Of a stretch of DNA of 64,000 bases, positions 24,801-37,836 are shown piece by piece; the first letter of the stretch is position 1; each line of letters starts with the position of its first letter. The notes beneath the pieces are model-generated. The model was not told where the DNA came from. It searched no databases and saw only the letters and a program-made list of their open reading frames with translations. Source of the stretch: Daphnia carinata (lineage: Eukaryota); NCBI RefSeq assembly GCF_022539665.2, contig NC_081331.1:7688001-7752000 (forward strand). The letters are read 5' to 3'. The position numbers were made by a program, and so were the translations under genes.

Positions 24801-27800
24801 AACAATTATTGCTCATATTTTTAATATTTAAAAGCAAGAGCAATTTGAATTGTTCAATTAACATGTGATTATGTTTCTTGCTTAGATAATAATATTGGTT
24901 AATGGGAAGGTCTATTTTACCTTGCGGTGTGTGTTTAAGCTCCTTTACATACGAACAGAATGCCTCCCATGTGATAGGAGGCAATGCAGCGGATGCATTG
25001 TTAACCGCCCATGGGCGAAATAGAACTTGCATGTAAGCGGCAAATTTCGTCGCTTTTCGATACCTGTATCAGTATAAATAATCAGCATGGTGAAGCACTT
25101 TAGTAATGCACTATTTTTTAAATTACCAGCTCCGTGAGGGTTTTTTAGGACGTGGCGGCGGTGGTTTCGGCGGTCGACGAATCGGAATGGGTACTAGGAA
25201 CTTCGAACGAATACGCTGTACGTATAAACTGTACAGCGGATGGTCAGGATGGAAATCGAAATTAGCATTCGTAGGTCGAATGCCAGTTAATTTTTTCGTT
25301 TTCTTTTTTTGTTTTTTTCTCTTTCGCAACGGTTTTGCCGCTTTTCTGTTCCAATGTTTCCCGTCGGTCCTCCATCGGCTTCTACTGTATCTTCTCCAAC
25401 ACTGGGCCTTTCTTCGTCGCTATCATCATCTTGTACATTTTCATCACTCAACATACTGTTGTCCTCATTTTGTGGTTGCGCAACACATTCGTTGGTGTCA
25501 GTCATGTCACACTGATGTTTCTTTTCTTTTTGAAATTGCGATGTTTTGCCTCTCTTCGTTTTCCTCCCATTAACAGGAACAACGACAATAATAGATGAAT
25601 ACTCGTACAGAGTTAAAAAGTCTAACTCCTTGCCACGGAACGCATAATGGACACACTGGCGCACATCCGTGTAGCCTTTAGGTGTTCTATAAATGGTAGT
25701 AGTTGACTCTTCGGTACAGTTTTGCATAGAATCAAACTCAGGCAGATGGGGAGGTGGTGGTTGAAAGTCGTGCAAAACCTTGTCGGTTATGTCCTCCTCA
25801 ACGGAAGAACTGTGATCAGATAAATTATCTTCCCTGCCGCTACTGTTGCATCCTTTTTTTTCGGGCAAACCATTGAGACCATCATTAGCATTAACATTGT
25901 AGCTCTCGTAAAAATCCAGGTCGCAGCACGCATCGCTGCCAGAATTCACATGGAGGTTAGTCTCTTCGTTTTCTTGATGGAGTTCATGAGATGAGGGGTT
26001 CCGCTCATTCTTTTGCCTTTGTTTAAAGAAGTCCAATGCGTCGGAGACAAAGCAGTACCAAAAACCTTCACTGAAGTAATCAGCAGGGGCACCGAGAATG
26101 CCGAAGGCGCACGTTTGAGCCGAATACTCTGACAGTCCGCACATTTTGTTCAGAGTGGCTTCCAAGAAGTGAGAAACTCGACGTGATTTAGACCCTGCAT
26201 CATCACTTGATGACGGAAACGCATCAATTCGTTTCCGAGCGTGCAGCAACAACGAAATGGCTTCCAAAAGGTTGTCGCTCTTTTGTAACATACTTGATGA
26301 GGTAGATGGCCAGACCGTTCGATTGCGATTGTGATCTTAATATATTCAGATTTGTGTTGCAACGTAGGAGTGCTGAAAAAAGAACCGACAGCTCGACAAC
26401 CAATCCATTGTGCGGCCCAAGTTTGTGCAGCAAAGCATCCACCCCATCTTTCTTCATGCAGTTGAAAGCCTCGGCAACGTCATCTGGCCATTCGATAACC
26501 TATCCGAAAAAGTGTAAAATGTTCTTTCAAAGAGGAACGAACACATTCTGGTTAAAGAAACAAACACACCTGATCAGAACCTTGGATGCGCAAACAATTC
26601 GCCAACGGTTTGATGTTGCCTTCTTCATCAAACATGTCGTCTTCAGAACACCATTGAACGTTGATAAATGGCCGTGCAAGGTGCCAAATTAAAATTCGTG
26701 GATCGTGTGGCCCAAGTGGATCTTGGTTCAAATCATTTGGTTCGGATGGGCCCAGCTCAACAGACGGAGATATGGAGTACATGATATTGTTTTTCTCGTC
26801 TCGGATGGCTTTAATCTGCGTCACACCTGTACCGTTGTTCGTTGGCTGAGGGTAAGCGAGACGGCATCCAATGAGACCATGTTTCGTTTTCCTAAATCCG
26901 AAATAAAGCAAAAATATGTCTAGTCCTTACAAGAGTTTCCCAACAACAAGTAAAGACATCTGTTCCATGGCATGTCGTTTTTTATGCATATTTACCGGCA
27001 AGTTGTGTTATGTTTATGAATATTGCACGAAGCGACGGTTCGCGCAAAATCGTTTTCGAAATCAACTCCGCCATTCGCAATTGGATTTGAGCATTCAAAA
27101 AAGGCAGCTCTTTGTCTCGTTTCCGGCGAAATTATATTCAATTCCGTTAATAAATCTCGTGCATGCGTAAACAAATCCGTTTGTGCCTTGACAACGAAAT
27201 CAAGGTAAGTTGCAATCAAATCACGTAACTGTGGGAAAGCTGGGAAAACATATCGAAAGTAGAGAAGTTAGTAATTTATACTATGGGCTAAAAGATTGCG
27301 GAAACTATACTATACCGCTTGCAACTTGAAGTAAATTTGCAGGCAAACCGTGCCACCCAAGAGCATGAATGTGCAGGCTTCCTCTCATTTGCGCCTCAAC
27401 GAAGCCCGTAGCAGCCACTGGTTTCCCATAGAAACTAAGCGTTCTTGACGACAGAGGAACCGTTTTCTTGTAACGCTGATGCTGAGGCGTTGAGAACAAC
27501 ACATTGAAAACATTTTCGGTCACCAGACGAAAATTTTCCGCAGCCCCCATCCAATTGTTTGCCAAACACTCCTGCAAGCTGCACTCGGTCAACGACGTTT
27601 CCTGAAATGAAGGGCGTCCACGTTGTAAAGCTTCAAGAAACCCATCGCAACTGGCAGGGAATGAATTGGACAGTGACGATTGACCACTACGAATGTTACT
27701 CGGCTCGTGAATATCGTCTAGCGACCACGTTGGGAAAATAGTTGGCGGTCCATGATAGTAGTTCATGGCGATAATTTTCGAAAGTGAATGCTTCCTTTCC

Positions 27801-30064
27801 GCTTTAGAAAAGGGAACTTTACTCGTAAAGACAGCAATATGCGGACTCAGCTCTTTGACCAACAGAAGTGATTCCGGATGACACGGGTTATCAGAAGCAA
27901 ACTGTAGCCGTTGTAACAAATTCGGATCTTCAAGTAATTTGTAAAAAATTTTGAGCGAGCACTGGTCAGATTTCACTCTTGCTCGAACGATACGTGAAAC
28001 AGCGTGTCGTTGATGCTGATCGAACAAAAGAAACGTTAGTCGATAGCAGGAGGCCATTCGATTGTCGTACTGCAGGAGAATGTACCGAATGCAATGTCTA
28101 GGAAGTGTTCCTTTGTAAGAAATTCCTGTTCCAAAAAGAAACAGAAATGGGAAAGCTTTTAACAATAGTAGACAGTTGTTTTGAAACTCGTTGATGGGAT
28201 TTTTTTCATTCCGATGCACGCGAATACGGGAATGATGGCTATTCTGAAGCTCCTGTCTTCGTGGCAACCCGTCCTCATCGTCATCGTCCGAATTTTTACC
28301 ATCCGGAAGTTGAAAACTGTCTAGCTGGTAATCAAAATCATCGCCGTGAAGAATGGATTTTTTCACTGCTAATGCAATTGCGGAAATAGGATGTCTTTCA
28401 CTTGAATCGACGTAGTTGTTTCGTGTGACGAACACGGGAACGGTCGGCACTTGGCCAGTAACTTGTTCCGTGTTTGCTTACTTGTCACTTCTGCCAATGC
28501 CAGAAATATTTGCTTGAGAGACATCTACACCTAGTTGAAGGGAAAAAAATTTTATTAGTATTACCAAACCCCCCAAAAAACTCAAAATCAAAAATTTGCT
28601 CTCACTTGTATCATTCTGGAAAACAGTACTTGATGATCCGTACGGAGCCGCTCGATCACCAATCACTTGTTCGACGTCTTTTACGAGCATGTCGTCCATA
28701 ACTACTACATTTTCTATAAGGCGTTCCGATATAGCTTCAAGCGATCGTCGAGTCTCTGGCTCACGATTGATAAGAACGTCTTTGTACAAAACGTTACAGG
28801 CTTTCAAAAAATCAAGCCATTCGTAAACTGCATCTGCTCGAACGAGCAAATCAGGTACTCTTTGGAAAACAGTTGCTGAATAGTCAATCCACTCTGTACG
28901 GCTACCGATGAAATGAAGACTGACAATTTCAGTCACACCATGTACTCTGGGTAACGAGTCACGAACCACGTCGAGTTGAATAGGTGCATCGTGCGGAAAA
29001 GTAATACAGTGTCCGAGTTTGGCCAACTGTCTCCCGTAAGCAGAAGGGCCTGCCAACTTGAACACAGACATGAACGGACACACGATCGCGATAGCCACCT
29101 GTTCAACTGTTGTCAGCTTTGGCAAATCCAATAGCTCGACGTTACCAAAGTCAATTCCGCTAGCGATGGATAGCCTAGGAATCGTATTCGCTTTGATGCG
29201 CGAGTGGCACTCGTTGCAGAGCGTAGCAGTCGGAATATCTCGTTGCGGGCCAGTAAAAGACACTAAAGGTGCGTGTAGGTGATAGGTGACGCTGTCGTAA
29301 ACAAAATGACCGACGCCTGCTCTGTACTTTACTGGTAGCAAATTGAGCTGTGCCTCATCCTCTTCGCTATACTGCAGCAAAGAAAGTTCGTTTACCGGGA
29401 CGTTATGGAAGATGACGTCACCCATTTCAAATTCACGAATACCGCACGCCGAGCATCCTGGGAAACGGGAATGAAGATTCACTCCTTTTTTAAAGCAAGC
29501 ATAAATGCGTTCACGGTCGTCAATGAGCTCTTGCAACTCACACTCTACTTGAGCCATTAATCTTCCAACAGCGGGATGAATTTCAGAACACTTGTTGTCC
29601 TCAATCCCATGTCTCGTACTCATAGGAGTAGATGGCCGAGATACATTTTCATTACTACTATCCACTTCTTTACTTGTGTCGTTGCAGTTGAAGCCTCTAG
29701 GCGCGTGAACTGGAGCCATATAATCGAACCAATCCAACAGATCCTCTTCATTTTGTGTAGGTGGTAGATGTGCAGTTTCTATAGTGGCTCTGTCATTTCG
29801 GACAGCATCGGCCCCTTCTTGCAAAATTGCTGTTGGGACCAAGGCGACGTCTCTGTAACGTTCAACGTCGCTGTTGACGGCAAATAGCAAAGCTGCGGCC
29901 ACAGCATCGTCTTCTGTACGGGCAGACAACTGTCCCACGCTCGGTTCATTTTCTTGCCATAGCGTTTCTACAGGCAGAGACGTAATTTGCCTGCGTCTGC
30001 CATCCTGCTGCAACGTTGTTTTCTTTGCGGTGTTGACGGGTGCACGGCTCGTTCTTCTATACAC
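21872..30064 (-). pseudogene. Rep/helicase transposase, multi-exon with several frameshifts; start may lie in upstream exons
   Basis: DUF6570-like region (CNECH...LPKLTTVEQ...GHCITFPHD...VRADAVYEWLDFLK), AFPFLFLFG, HGPPTIF, HUH motif VEAQMRGSLHIH, HKHNTTC, RCNTNL...YLIKYVTK, Walker A GAPGTGKS, IDEISF, GDLYQIPP, LTEQVRAADD, TTYKVQGQ, YVLLSRVR. Confidence 0.92.
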
Positions 30065-30780
30065 GGCACGGGTGATCTACATGTCGAAACGACAGCCGTT
30101 CAGATAGGACAACAAGTCGCAATGTTAACAAGCAAATACCTCCGTTTCTCCAGTGGCATTGTTGCTACCATGGCTTACGCGTGCAATTGGTGATGCCTAG
30201 AGAAAAGACAAAGTTGCAGAAACAATAGCATACACAATAGGCAACTGTCAAGGTAAAATACCACCGTTCCAGGAACACGGGGAACGTTGGACGGAAGCCT
30301 CGTCGATCCGCACACCGGCGAATTGGATGCAGAGCGAGCCGCAGGCCATCCATAGTATTGTGTACCGGCAGGCAACTGATCCACGTGCGATGAGCTTTCT
30401 CGCAACAGTATTGCAACAGATGGAGAAGTACTTCGACTGCGTCGGCCATCCTGCTGCAACCTCGCCCTCTTGGACGTGTTGACGGATGCATGGCTCGTTC
30501 TCACAGACATGGCACGGGCGACCTGCATTTCGAAATGACAACTGTTCACAGAGGGGAAAACTACCACGTTAATGAGCAAATACCTCAGAATCTCCACTGG
30601 CGTTACTGCAGCCACCACTCACTCTTGCAAAGGGGAATGACTAGGAGGGGGGAAAAGTTGCAGAAACAATAGCTTCCACTATAAAAGCAAATGTCGAGCT
30701 CAAATACTGCCGTTCCAGCAACACGGGGAATCTTGGACGGACGCCTTGTTGATCCCGACACCGTCATTTCGAATCCAGGA
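29900..30780 (-). repeat. Imperfect tandem duplication with period ~444 bp
   Basis: AAGTTGCAGAAACAATAGC at ~30211 and ~30655; GCAAATACCTC at ~30132 and ~30576; peptide LQQDGRR occurs twice. Confidence 0.75.
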
Positions 30781-30941
30781 GCACCTTCAGTTCAGCGAGA
30801 AATGGAAAATGGTAAAAAATTTTAAAGCCAATTGTTGTGAAAAATAGCTTACTGTATGAATGTTCAGCGAGGACATTATAACTTGGTCCTAAAAGAGGGA
30901 AACATTAAAGTTTTGCAACTGTGAACATATCGTATACCCAC

Positions 30942-31245
30942 CAATGTTAATAGAAGGCAATGATCCAGGTTTAAGCCGCCACCGCTTTAACGCAACTTCT
31001 TCTGCCCCAGAATCCACACCAATCCTATGTGACTTTATGATATCACAATCCCGAAAGTGTTTCGCACACCAAACGCTGCTTTTCGTCACTGCAACACCTT
31101 CTCTCCCAATTAACTGTACCCACTGGGAAAATAATGTACGCTCAGTTTCGCAATCAGGGAAGTGGAAAAGGGGACAGGGAAGCCCTTGCTTCCGAAAACT
31201 GCGGGACCCTGTATCACACCCAGAGCAATAGCAAAGCCGAGGCAT
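30942..31245 (-). CDS. THAP-domain (C2CH zinc finger) exon inside the Helitron-like element
   Basis: MPRLCYCSGC...LFHFP...QWVQLI...VWCAKHF...LKPGSLPSI follows the THAP consensus; GT donor right after. Confidence 0.85.
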
Positions 31246-34198
31246 TTGTGGGAAACGAAAAGAAATCAAACTTTAATTGTAGCGTGCAGGCACTGACTGA
31301 CAACGAATCGTCTGCTAGGAGCATTTTTGGACAGTGTGGCCTAGCCTGGCTCCGTGAGCGCCATCTAACGTCGCAGACGGAGAGCGGAGCGCACAAAGAC
31401 AAAGCCAATAGGTGGCTGAATTAGTGTACCAGTTTTTTTCGCCATTTTCCTCTGGAAAACAATTCGTCTGCTATTTTAGGCCATCTGGACCAATGCCAGA
31501 GCCGAAACGTCCCGTGGAGACCGCTCGTTTCTTTGAAGCCCAAAAATCGCTCTGACCCCCGAAAAAAAACACCCCGAAATAAGGTAGGGATAAGGCCTTA
31601 CGTCAGAACTAACGTTCTTGCCTCAGGAATAAACGATGAAATTAGGAGGCGTTTTATCTACAATGATGCATGTATTTTCCTAGGTTAAGGCATACGAGTA
31701 CAAAAAGGGCAAGGAAATGTAAGAAAAACAGGGGAACAGTTTGGAAACAAAAGTAGAAGAGATTTTTGTAATTAACTCTTACGGGTAGCACGAGCGGAAG
31801 GAACACAAAGGAAATAAAATGAGAGCAACCGCAATACTCACAGTTACACGTTGGTGGCACACAGATAATGATTTGAATAAGTAATACGAATGGCAGTCGA
31901 ACTGACCGAGAGATATTAAAAATCAGAGCAGATTTAATTAAGTCAAACTAATGGAATGAGCATTAAGATAAACGTATAGTTCACTAGACAATACTACTAA
32001 TCAAGGCAAAAGCAGCAGGGTGATTTGAGGCAACTATTAGATTCGGAGGCAACTTCGCCAGTCGGAGGCAATTTCTTGACTGGCCTTCCTCAGTTTCTGA
32101 GTTCACAATGGAATTTCTCGTTTTGGTAAAGTGGCGTGATGTGTAGCTTCGGTACACCAGCAGCCCCGAGACGCTAGCTCGACTGCGTTAGTCTGCTCCA
32201 CTTTGTTTTTTTTTTTTGGTTTAAAACTCTGGTTATGATATTTTCTGCTGCTTGCACTTTTAAATCAAACAATTTTGAAATAGACGTGGTGACCCAGGAT
32301 CTATGATTGCCATCGTCGATGAATACAGTGGCCCTTGTTTTTTTCTCCACTTGGGCCTACTATTATCACCTTTGCTGTTTTCACCATGAAGTGGCCAGGG
32401 GCATTTGCAACGGAAGCAGATTCCATAACGTTTGTCATTCGGCACTATTCCGTTAACGGTTTGTTGACGAAGCGCGTCTGCTTTTTGTCGGAGATAGCCG
32501 TGTAGTGTATTGCTTGGCAATGTTTGCATGCGTAGTGGGTGGACAATTCATCGTGGTTTGCATTAAAACAAATGACGCTCCGTGTCTGCCTTTCCATGAT
32601 GAACTTTTTTCGTTTAGGCTTACTGATTAAACCATGGAATAATGAATTTTCCCGCAAAAAAATGCATAGTCTTGTGCATTCTGGCACGTTCCCGTGTCTG
32701 GTTGATGTGTTCGACGATAGCGTATTTCCTTTGGGGTTTTTCCTGGTGTGTGGAGCTGATTGAAATGTGGCTTCTATCGCCAGCTGTGTTGCTGTGACAG
32801 TTGGTAGTTGTTCGACTTGGTTGTGTTGATTGCTATGCTTTTTTATGGTTTCCGATTTCAACCGGCTGTGCCTTTCTACAGTACCAACTTGATTCCTAAT
32901 GAAACCCAATAGTGCTGTAATGTCAGTGAAGTCGATATCGTAAGACCTCCTTGGCGCAAAACCAATGAACTTATTCATGCGGCTTTTCTGCATGAAAAAG
33001 TTCATTAGTTTTGCGCCAAGGAGCCTTACTTTTGGTTTAGCATAAACTTTTTTAGCTCCATTATGGCAACATTGTAGTTGGCAGCAGTAGAATCTAAATT
33101 TTCGACCACACAAAAATGCTTCCCCTTTTAGATATACTTTGAGGTAGTCGAATTTTCGGACAACCGACATCGTGGACGAATGGATTGCAGACATTAAAGC
33201 TCTCTTAATATGGTGTCTTACTCAAAGGTAACTCACTTAAAAATGCTTGGCTTGTCTTTGTAGGTGTCGTGCCTTTGGTTGTACGCGACCTGTTTCTACT
33301 TGCATTGGAGCTTGGTTTTGCGCCATTAACTGTTGATTTTGCAAGGTGTAGCTTAGGCTTAGTATTGTTTAAAAGTTTGTGCTGCGAAAAATTGCTGCGT
33401 TTGGGTAAGCAGGTCTTGTAGCAACTGGGTTCTGTCTTCGTTTCTTGGGCGCTGCTCTTTTCCCTGGAATTCCTTAAAGCTAGTCTTTGCCAACCGTGGA
33501 TAGTAGGATGCTCATTTCTTCTTCTAGTTTTACTGCTATGGTGCAATATTGTTCGATTTGCTCCTCGATAGTGTTTGAAGCTTGCAGGGCCCATCAATCT
33601 TGGTGGCTAGCCTTGATAAATTCACGATAACGTTCCCTTAGGAGTTTAGTCTCAGTTGCAATACCGTTATCTAATTCTGTGGGCATCGAAAGGTCTTTAT
33701 ATCCCTTTATTCTCTCCATTATCCTGGTGATGTTTCTTTTCAGGCCCGCTCGTATTGCAACAGCCGATCGTAACATTTTGATTGCTAAAAATGAAAAGTC
33801 AATATTATAATGCACAGCAAACGTAGTCTTATGCAATATATCATGTGGACAAACCACCGGGGAGTTACGTCAATGCATGACAATGAAAAGTAACCGGAAG
33901 GTTTTCGTTTGATTGACGGGGGCATTGACTCAATTCGTCTGAACGGTCTCGGTTTGGGGCATCAACGAGGTGTCTGATGTTAGAAACTAGGTCGATCTCG
34001 TCCACGCGAAGCTCCTGGCCCGAAAAGCTTAAAACGTCCGAGAAGGCAATTTACGTCCCTACGCCGTGGGGAGGCCAGAATTTTGGGTAATAAACAGGGT
34101 GGCCGATGTTGGGAAGGCTTGGCCGACCTCTTCCGCGCAACCTCTCCATTTCTACTGTATTGCGGTCGGTTTGGGGGTTTGTCAATGCACTTGAAGCC

Positions 34199-37100
34199 GG
34201 GTCAGCGTAAAATGCGGACGCGGACCGCGGACTGCGGACTGGATAAACTGCGGACTTTGACCTGCGGACTGTCAAAAAAATTTTTTTAAAAATATTCGCG
34301 GACCTCGGGGTAAAATGCGGACCGTTTTGTACATATACCGTTTAAAATTGCGGAACGTGTAGCTTAAACGGCGGACTGATATTTTGCGGACTTACATTAC
34401 ACTACCTATTGCCTACCCCGACCCCATTACAATACTTTTGATATCGGTATTAGCATTATCAAATATTAAATAAAAAAGTAAAAGTATGACTGAGTTAACA
34501 ATTTTTTTATTGAAATACAAACAGTAAAAGGTAATTTTTAAACTGGGTCAGCACTTGGTATAATGAAAGTAAAATATATAAACGAATTAAAGGCATTTTG
34601 GGCATTTCCAATCAATTTTTGCAGATTTGTGAAATGCAGAATGTTCTTCTTTTGTTAGACATTCTTTATGGCTTCTTTACAAGATTTGGCACCACACTGG
34701 ATCATTTTCTCCTCGTCTCTGAAAAGTTTTCCAGAGTAAAGTCTATCAGGGCGGCGGCATACGCAATATAATTTTACGGATTGCACTTTATTAGTATTGC
34801 TAGACTTTTGACGAGATTCTTGCGATGTCACAGGAAACATTGCTAGTTCGCCTTTTTCGAGACATTTGATGAAATGCTCGCGCATATTAGGACGGTGATT
34901 CTTGCGATGTCACAGGAAACATTGCTAGTTCGCCTTTTTCGAGACATTTGATGAAATGCTCGCGCATATTAGGACGGTCATAATGAATGACAGAGGGATT
35001 TTTGTCCAGCATAAGGCTTGTGGCATTTACTACAGCATAAATGCCGCAATCCCAGCTATTCTCTTGGTCGCAAGAAGGGGAGATTACATATTGAAAAGTT
35101 GGTTGACTGGTTTTCACTAGGCTTGCAATTGAGGCTAAAACACGCTGATTTACATCACTATACAAGCTGTCGAAGATGGTTACAGGCTCCGGTGTCATGG
35201 CCTTATTTCGGGTCCTGTTCCTGGATGGTGAAGAAGGAAAGAACCCGTGCGATGCAAGCAACCAATGTCCTTCTCCGTTGTGTATGATCTGCATCCATCG
35301 GCTTCCCTCAGCTTGCGGAAATTTTCCTGAGTAGCCATTAATATACAGGTTGAACAGACCACCTATTTGCGGATTCATTTTCCTTAGCAAAACGAGGGCC
35401 GCCTCAATATACAGATCACTAAGCCATTGTGTTGGCCCAAGACGGCGTAGGTAAGTAATATTGATGGGCATATTTTCTCGGGGATCAATTGACTTAGTTA
35501 CCCGATTAGCAGCCTGTGATTAAATATTCCTTAAGTTAGGTTTCGTGATTTCGTGGAAGTAATTTTGTTATACCTTAGCGTCAGTTGGTGTATGCTCTCG
35601 TGAATTAGGTAAGATCGCTGTTAAACCATGATCTTCCTGGAGCTTTGCCGATTCAACAGGGAGTTCCTATACAAAAAAGGTATCTATAACTAGTAATTAG
35701 GAAGAGAATGTAAAAACCATACCTGTTTTTCAATAGTCATGTTTTCTAAAATCAGTGTCTTTAGCGGCGGTCGGAAATTTGCAACGATGACGTTTGATGA
35801 TGACGGTTCTGATGATGCTAAACAAAACTTGACTTCCTTCAGAATCGGCGTAGGTCCATTAATTTCCCAGCTAGCGCCCTATGAAACTGATCCTCTGACG
35901 GCTGCTCAAGTAGTGAAAAGAAATCCTTTTTATGAATTATTTGCTCGTTTTTACCTAACCCCAAGTCTCTCAATTTCATCTTGATGTTTCGTAATGCATG
36001 GAGCCAGCAGCGAAACTTAGGTCAGTTGGGTAAAAACCGTTTGATGGCCTTTACAATAGCTCGTTCTTCGTCAGTAACAATCACGACTTTCTCGGCTACT
36101 TGAAGCTCAGGAATAGCACTGACAAGCTCCATAAAAAAGTCGTTATGTACAGATGCGTGGCGTTGGGTGTGCAACATGTACATTAGTGGTATTACAGGAC
36201 ATTCCTCCATCTCTGTTTGCCTGTAGTTTAACACCGACAAATAACAGTTACCCATATCATAGGTAGTGTCATACGACAAACACTGAGTAGCCAAGTTTGG
36301 GGTTGTTAAGATTTTTCGAAAATCATTAATAGTTTCTGCAAAAATCAAACAAATGCAAATTTTGTTTCATGATTTAATATAAAGAAAACGGTGTAGAATA
36401 AATATTAGTTGTAATTCCCAACTTACGGTCGCGGTAACAAATGGCAAGGGCACACGGCGCAATCTGAAGAATTTTTACAAAATTGGTTTCGACGCCTATC
36501 TCTGCCACGTTATAGTACTCATCGTGAGATATCAGATCCTGAGCTCGTCCTTTAAGAACAGCGTACTTGGTTTGATCGTAAGTGGGAACTTCAATGACAT
36601 GTCGCTCGAGCTCTTGCGGTGCTTCCAGGAGCCGATTTTGTTGCACTTGCGACGGAAGATTTTTGCATTCCATTCTTGACTTCTTTGCAATTGACGGAAG
36701 CTTTCTGGAATAAGTCCTCTTCGTCTTCTTGGCGTTCCCATGCCGTGATGGAGCATGTAATTTGTGGTTACCTAAGTAGATAACCAATACTCGGTTGGGC
36801 ATAAGCGGACAGCTTAAAATTTGCCGCGTAAATTTCAAAGTATAATTATCTCCAGCTGCGAGTTGATACTTGTAGTACCGTTGCTTGCACCCTTCAACGG
36901 TTCCTTTGTACACGAATGATTTGGATGAATAGTTCTTCCATCGATACCCGTCGGTGATCCAATCTTCATCGAAAATCCCATCGTTCCATTCAAAAACGAA
37001 CTTTGTCCCCCCTTCTGGATTTAGTTGACTTCGTTCGTACACGGGTATACCATATTTTTCGGGATCAAGAAGCTACCCTACCTTCTTTTGATTTGTCACT

Positions 37101-37836
37101 CCTCGTAATCCCTCGTTAGCATCACTAACTCTTCCGTTGTTTACCTCTTCCACTAAACTTCCCTTCTCTTCACACTTTTTTTCAACTTCCTCGTCCGACA
37201 CTATAAACTCATAATCGCTGTCTTCCATATTGTATGTAAACGACCCCAAAATATTAAACACTGAGAATACGAAAATGAACTACCGTCACAGTAAGAGTTC
37301 GGAAACAGAATGAGGGATGTACCTGATGTTACAAAATGTAGTTATGCTACCCTCCGCTATCGCTTCGGATGTCATCAAAAGAATAATACTAAGGGCGCAT
37401 TGAAAGGGGTGGTGGTGATGACCTTTAACACTTCACATATTGCCGACGAGCATCCGCTGGCAAAGACTGGGGAAGTAGCATAACATCCCACTGTGGATTC
37501 GCCGTCAATAACCAATCCCATGAGGGGAAAGCATCTATCCAAGAATATTCGGTGATCTGAAGGGCATTGCTTGTTGATGACTCATTAGTTCCGCCACTTT
37601 ATTCCATTTCAAATTCTTGCCTGTGCATAAAAAAATATAGTCTAATTTTCTTTAGCCTATCCGCGTACGATGTTTAAATGCTATGCTGTTTTGCCGTATA
37701 ATACGCGGACTGCGGACCGTTGTGGTATGGATAAACTGCAGACTACTGTCAAAATTTTTTTGACAGTCCGCAGGTCAAAGTCCGCAGTTTATCCAGTCCG
37801 CAGTCCGCGGTCCGCGTCCGCATTTTATGCTGAACC
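34199..37836 (-). mobile_element. Mutator-like element (MULE) with internal deletion
   Basis: ~85-bp TIRs built of GCGGAC repeats (34199-34285 and 37752-37836); 9-bp TSD CTTGAAGCC (34190-34198 and 37837-37845). Confidence 0.9.
34655..37229 (-). pseudogene. MULE transposase with Ulp1/C48 protease and PHD finger
   Basis: DWITDGYRWKN; LSYDTTY...VIPLMYMLH...VIVTDEERAIVKAI (truncated after this). Protease WLSDLYI...GHWLL...IFDSL...QENSWDCGIYA. PHD LYCVCRRP...MIQC. An 82-bp tandem duplication lies at 34815-34978. Confidence 0.85.

Larger units (their letters stand above)
18620..31636 (-). mobile_element. Helitron-like rolling-circle element, 13,017 bp
   Basis: Minus-strand ends A|TCGTTT...GCCGAAGGCCCACGCGACAGCTCTAG|T, with no TSD. 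Removing it restores AATTTCA|TTATTTGTCTT, comparable to AATTTACATTTATTGTCTT in the related LTR near 61880. Encodes Rep and a PIF1-type helicase. Confidence 0.88.
18565..32156 (-). repeat. Gypsy solo LTR (~575 bp: 32156-31637 plus 18619-18565), split by the Helitron-like element
   Basis: Starts TGTACCGAAGC and contains ACATCACGCCACTTT and CATTGTAGATAAAACGCCTC, all resembling the LTR at 61208-61937. 4-bp TSD CTGG (plus-strand CCAG at 18561-18564 and 32157-32160). Confidence 0.75.
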
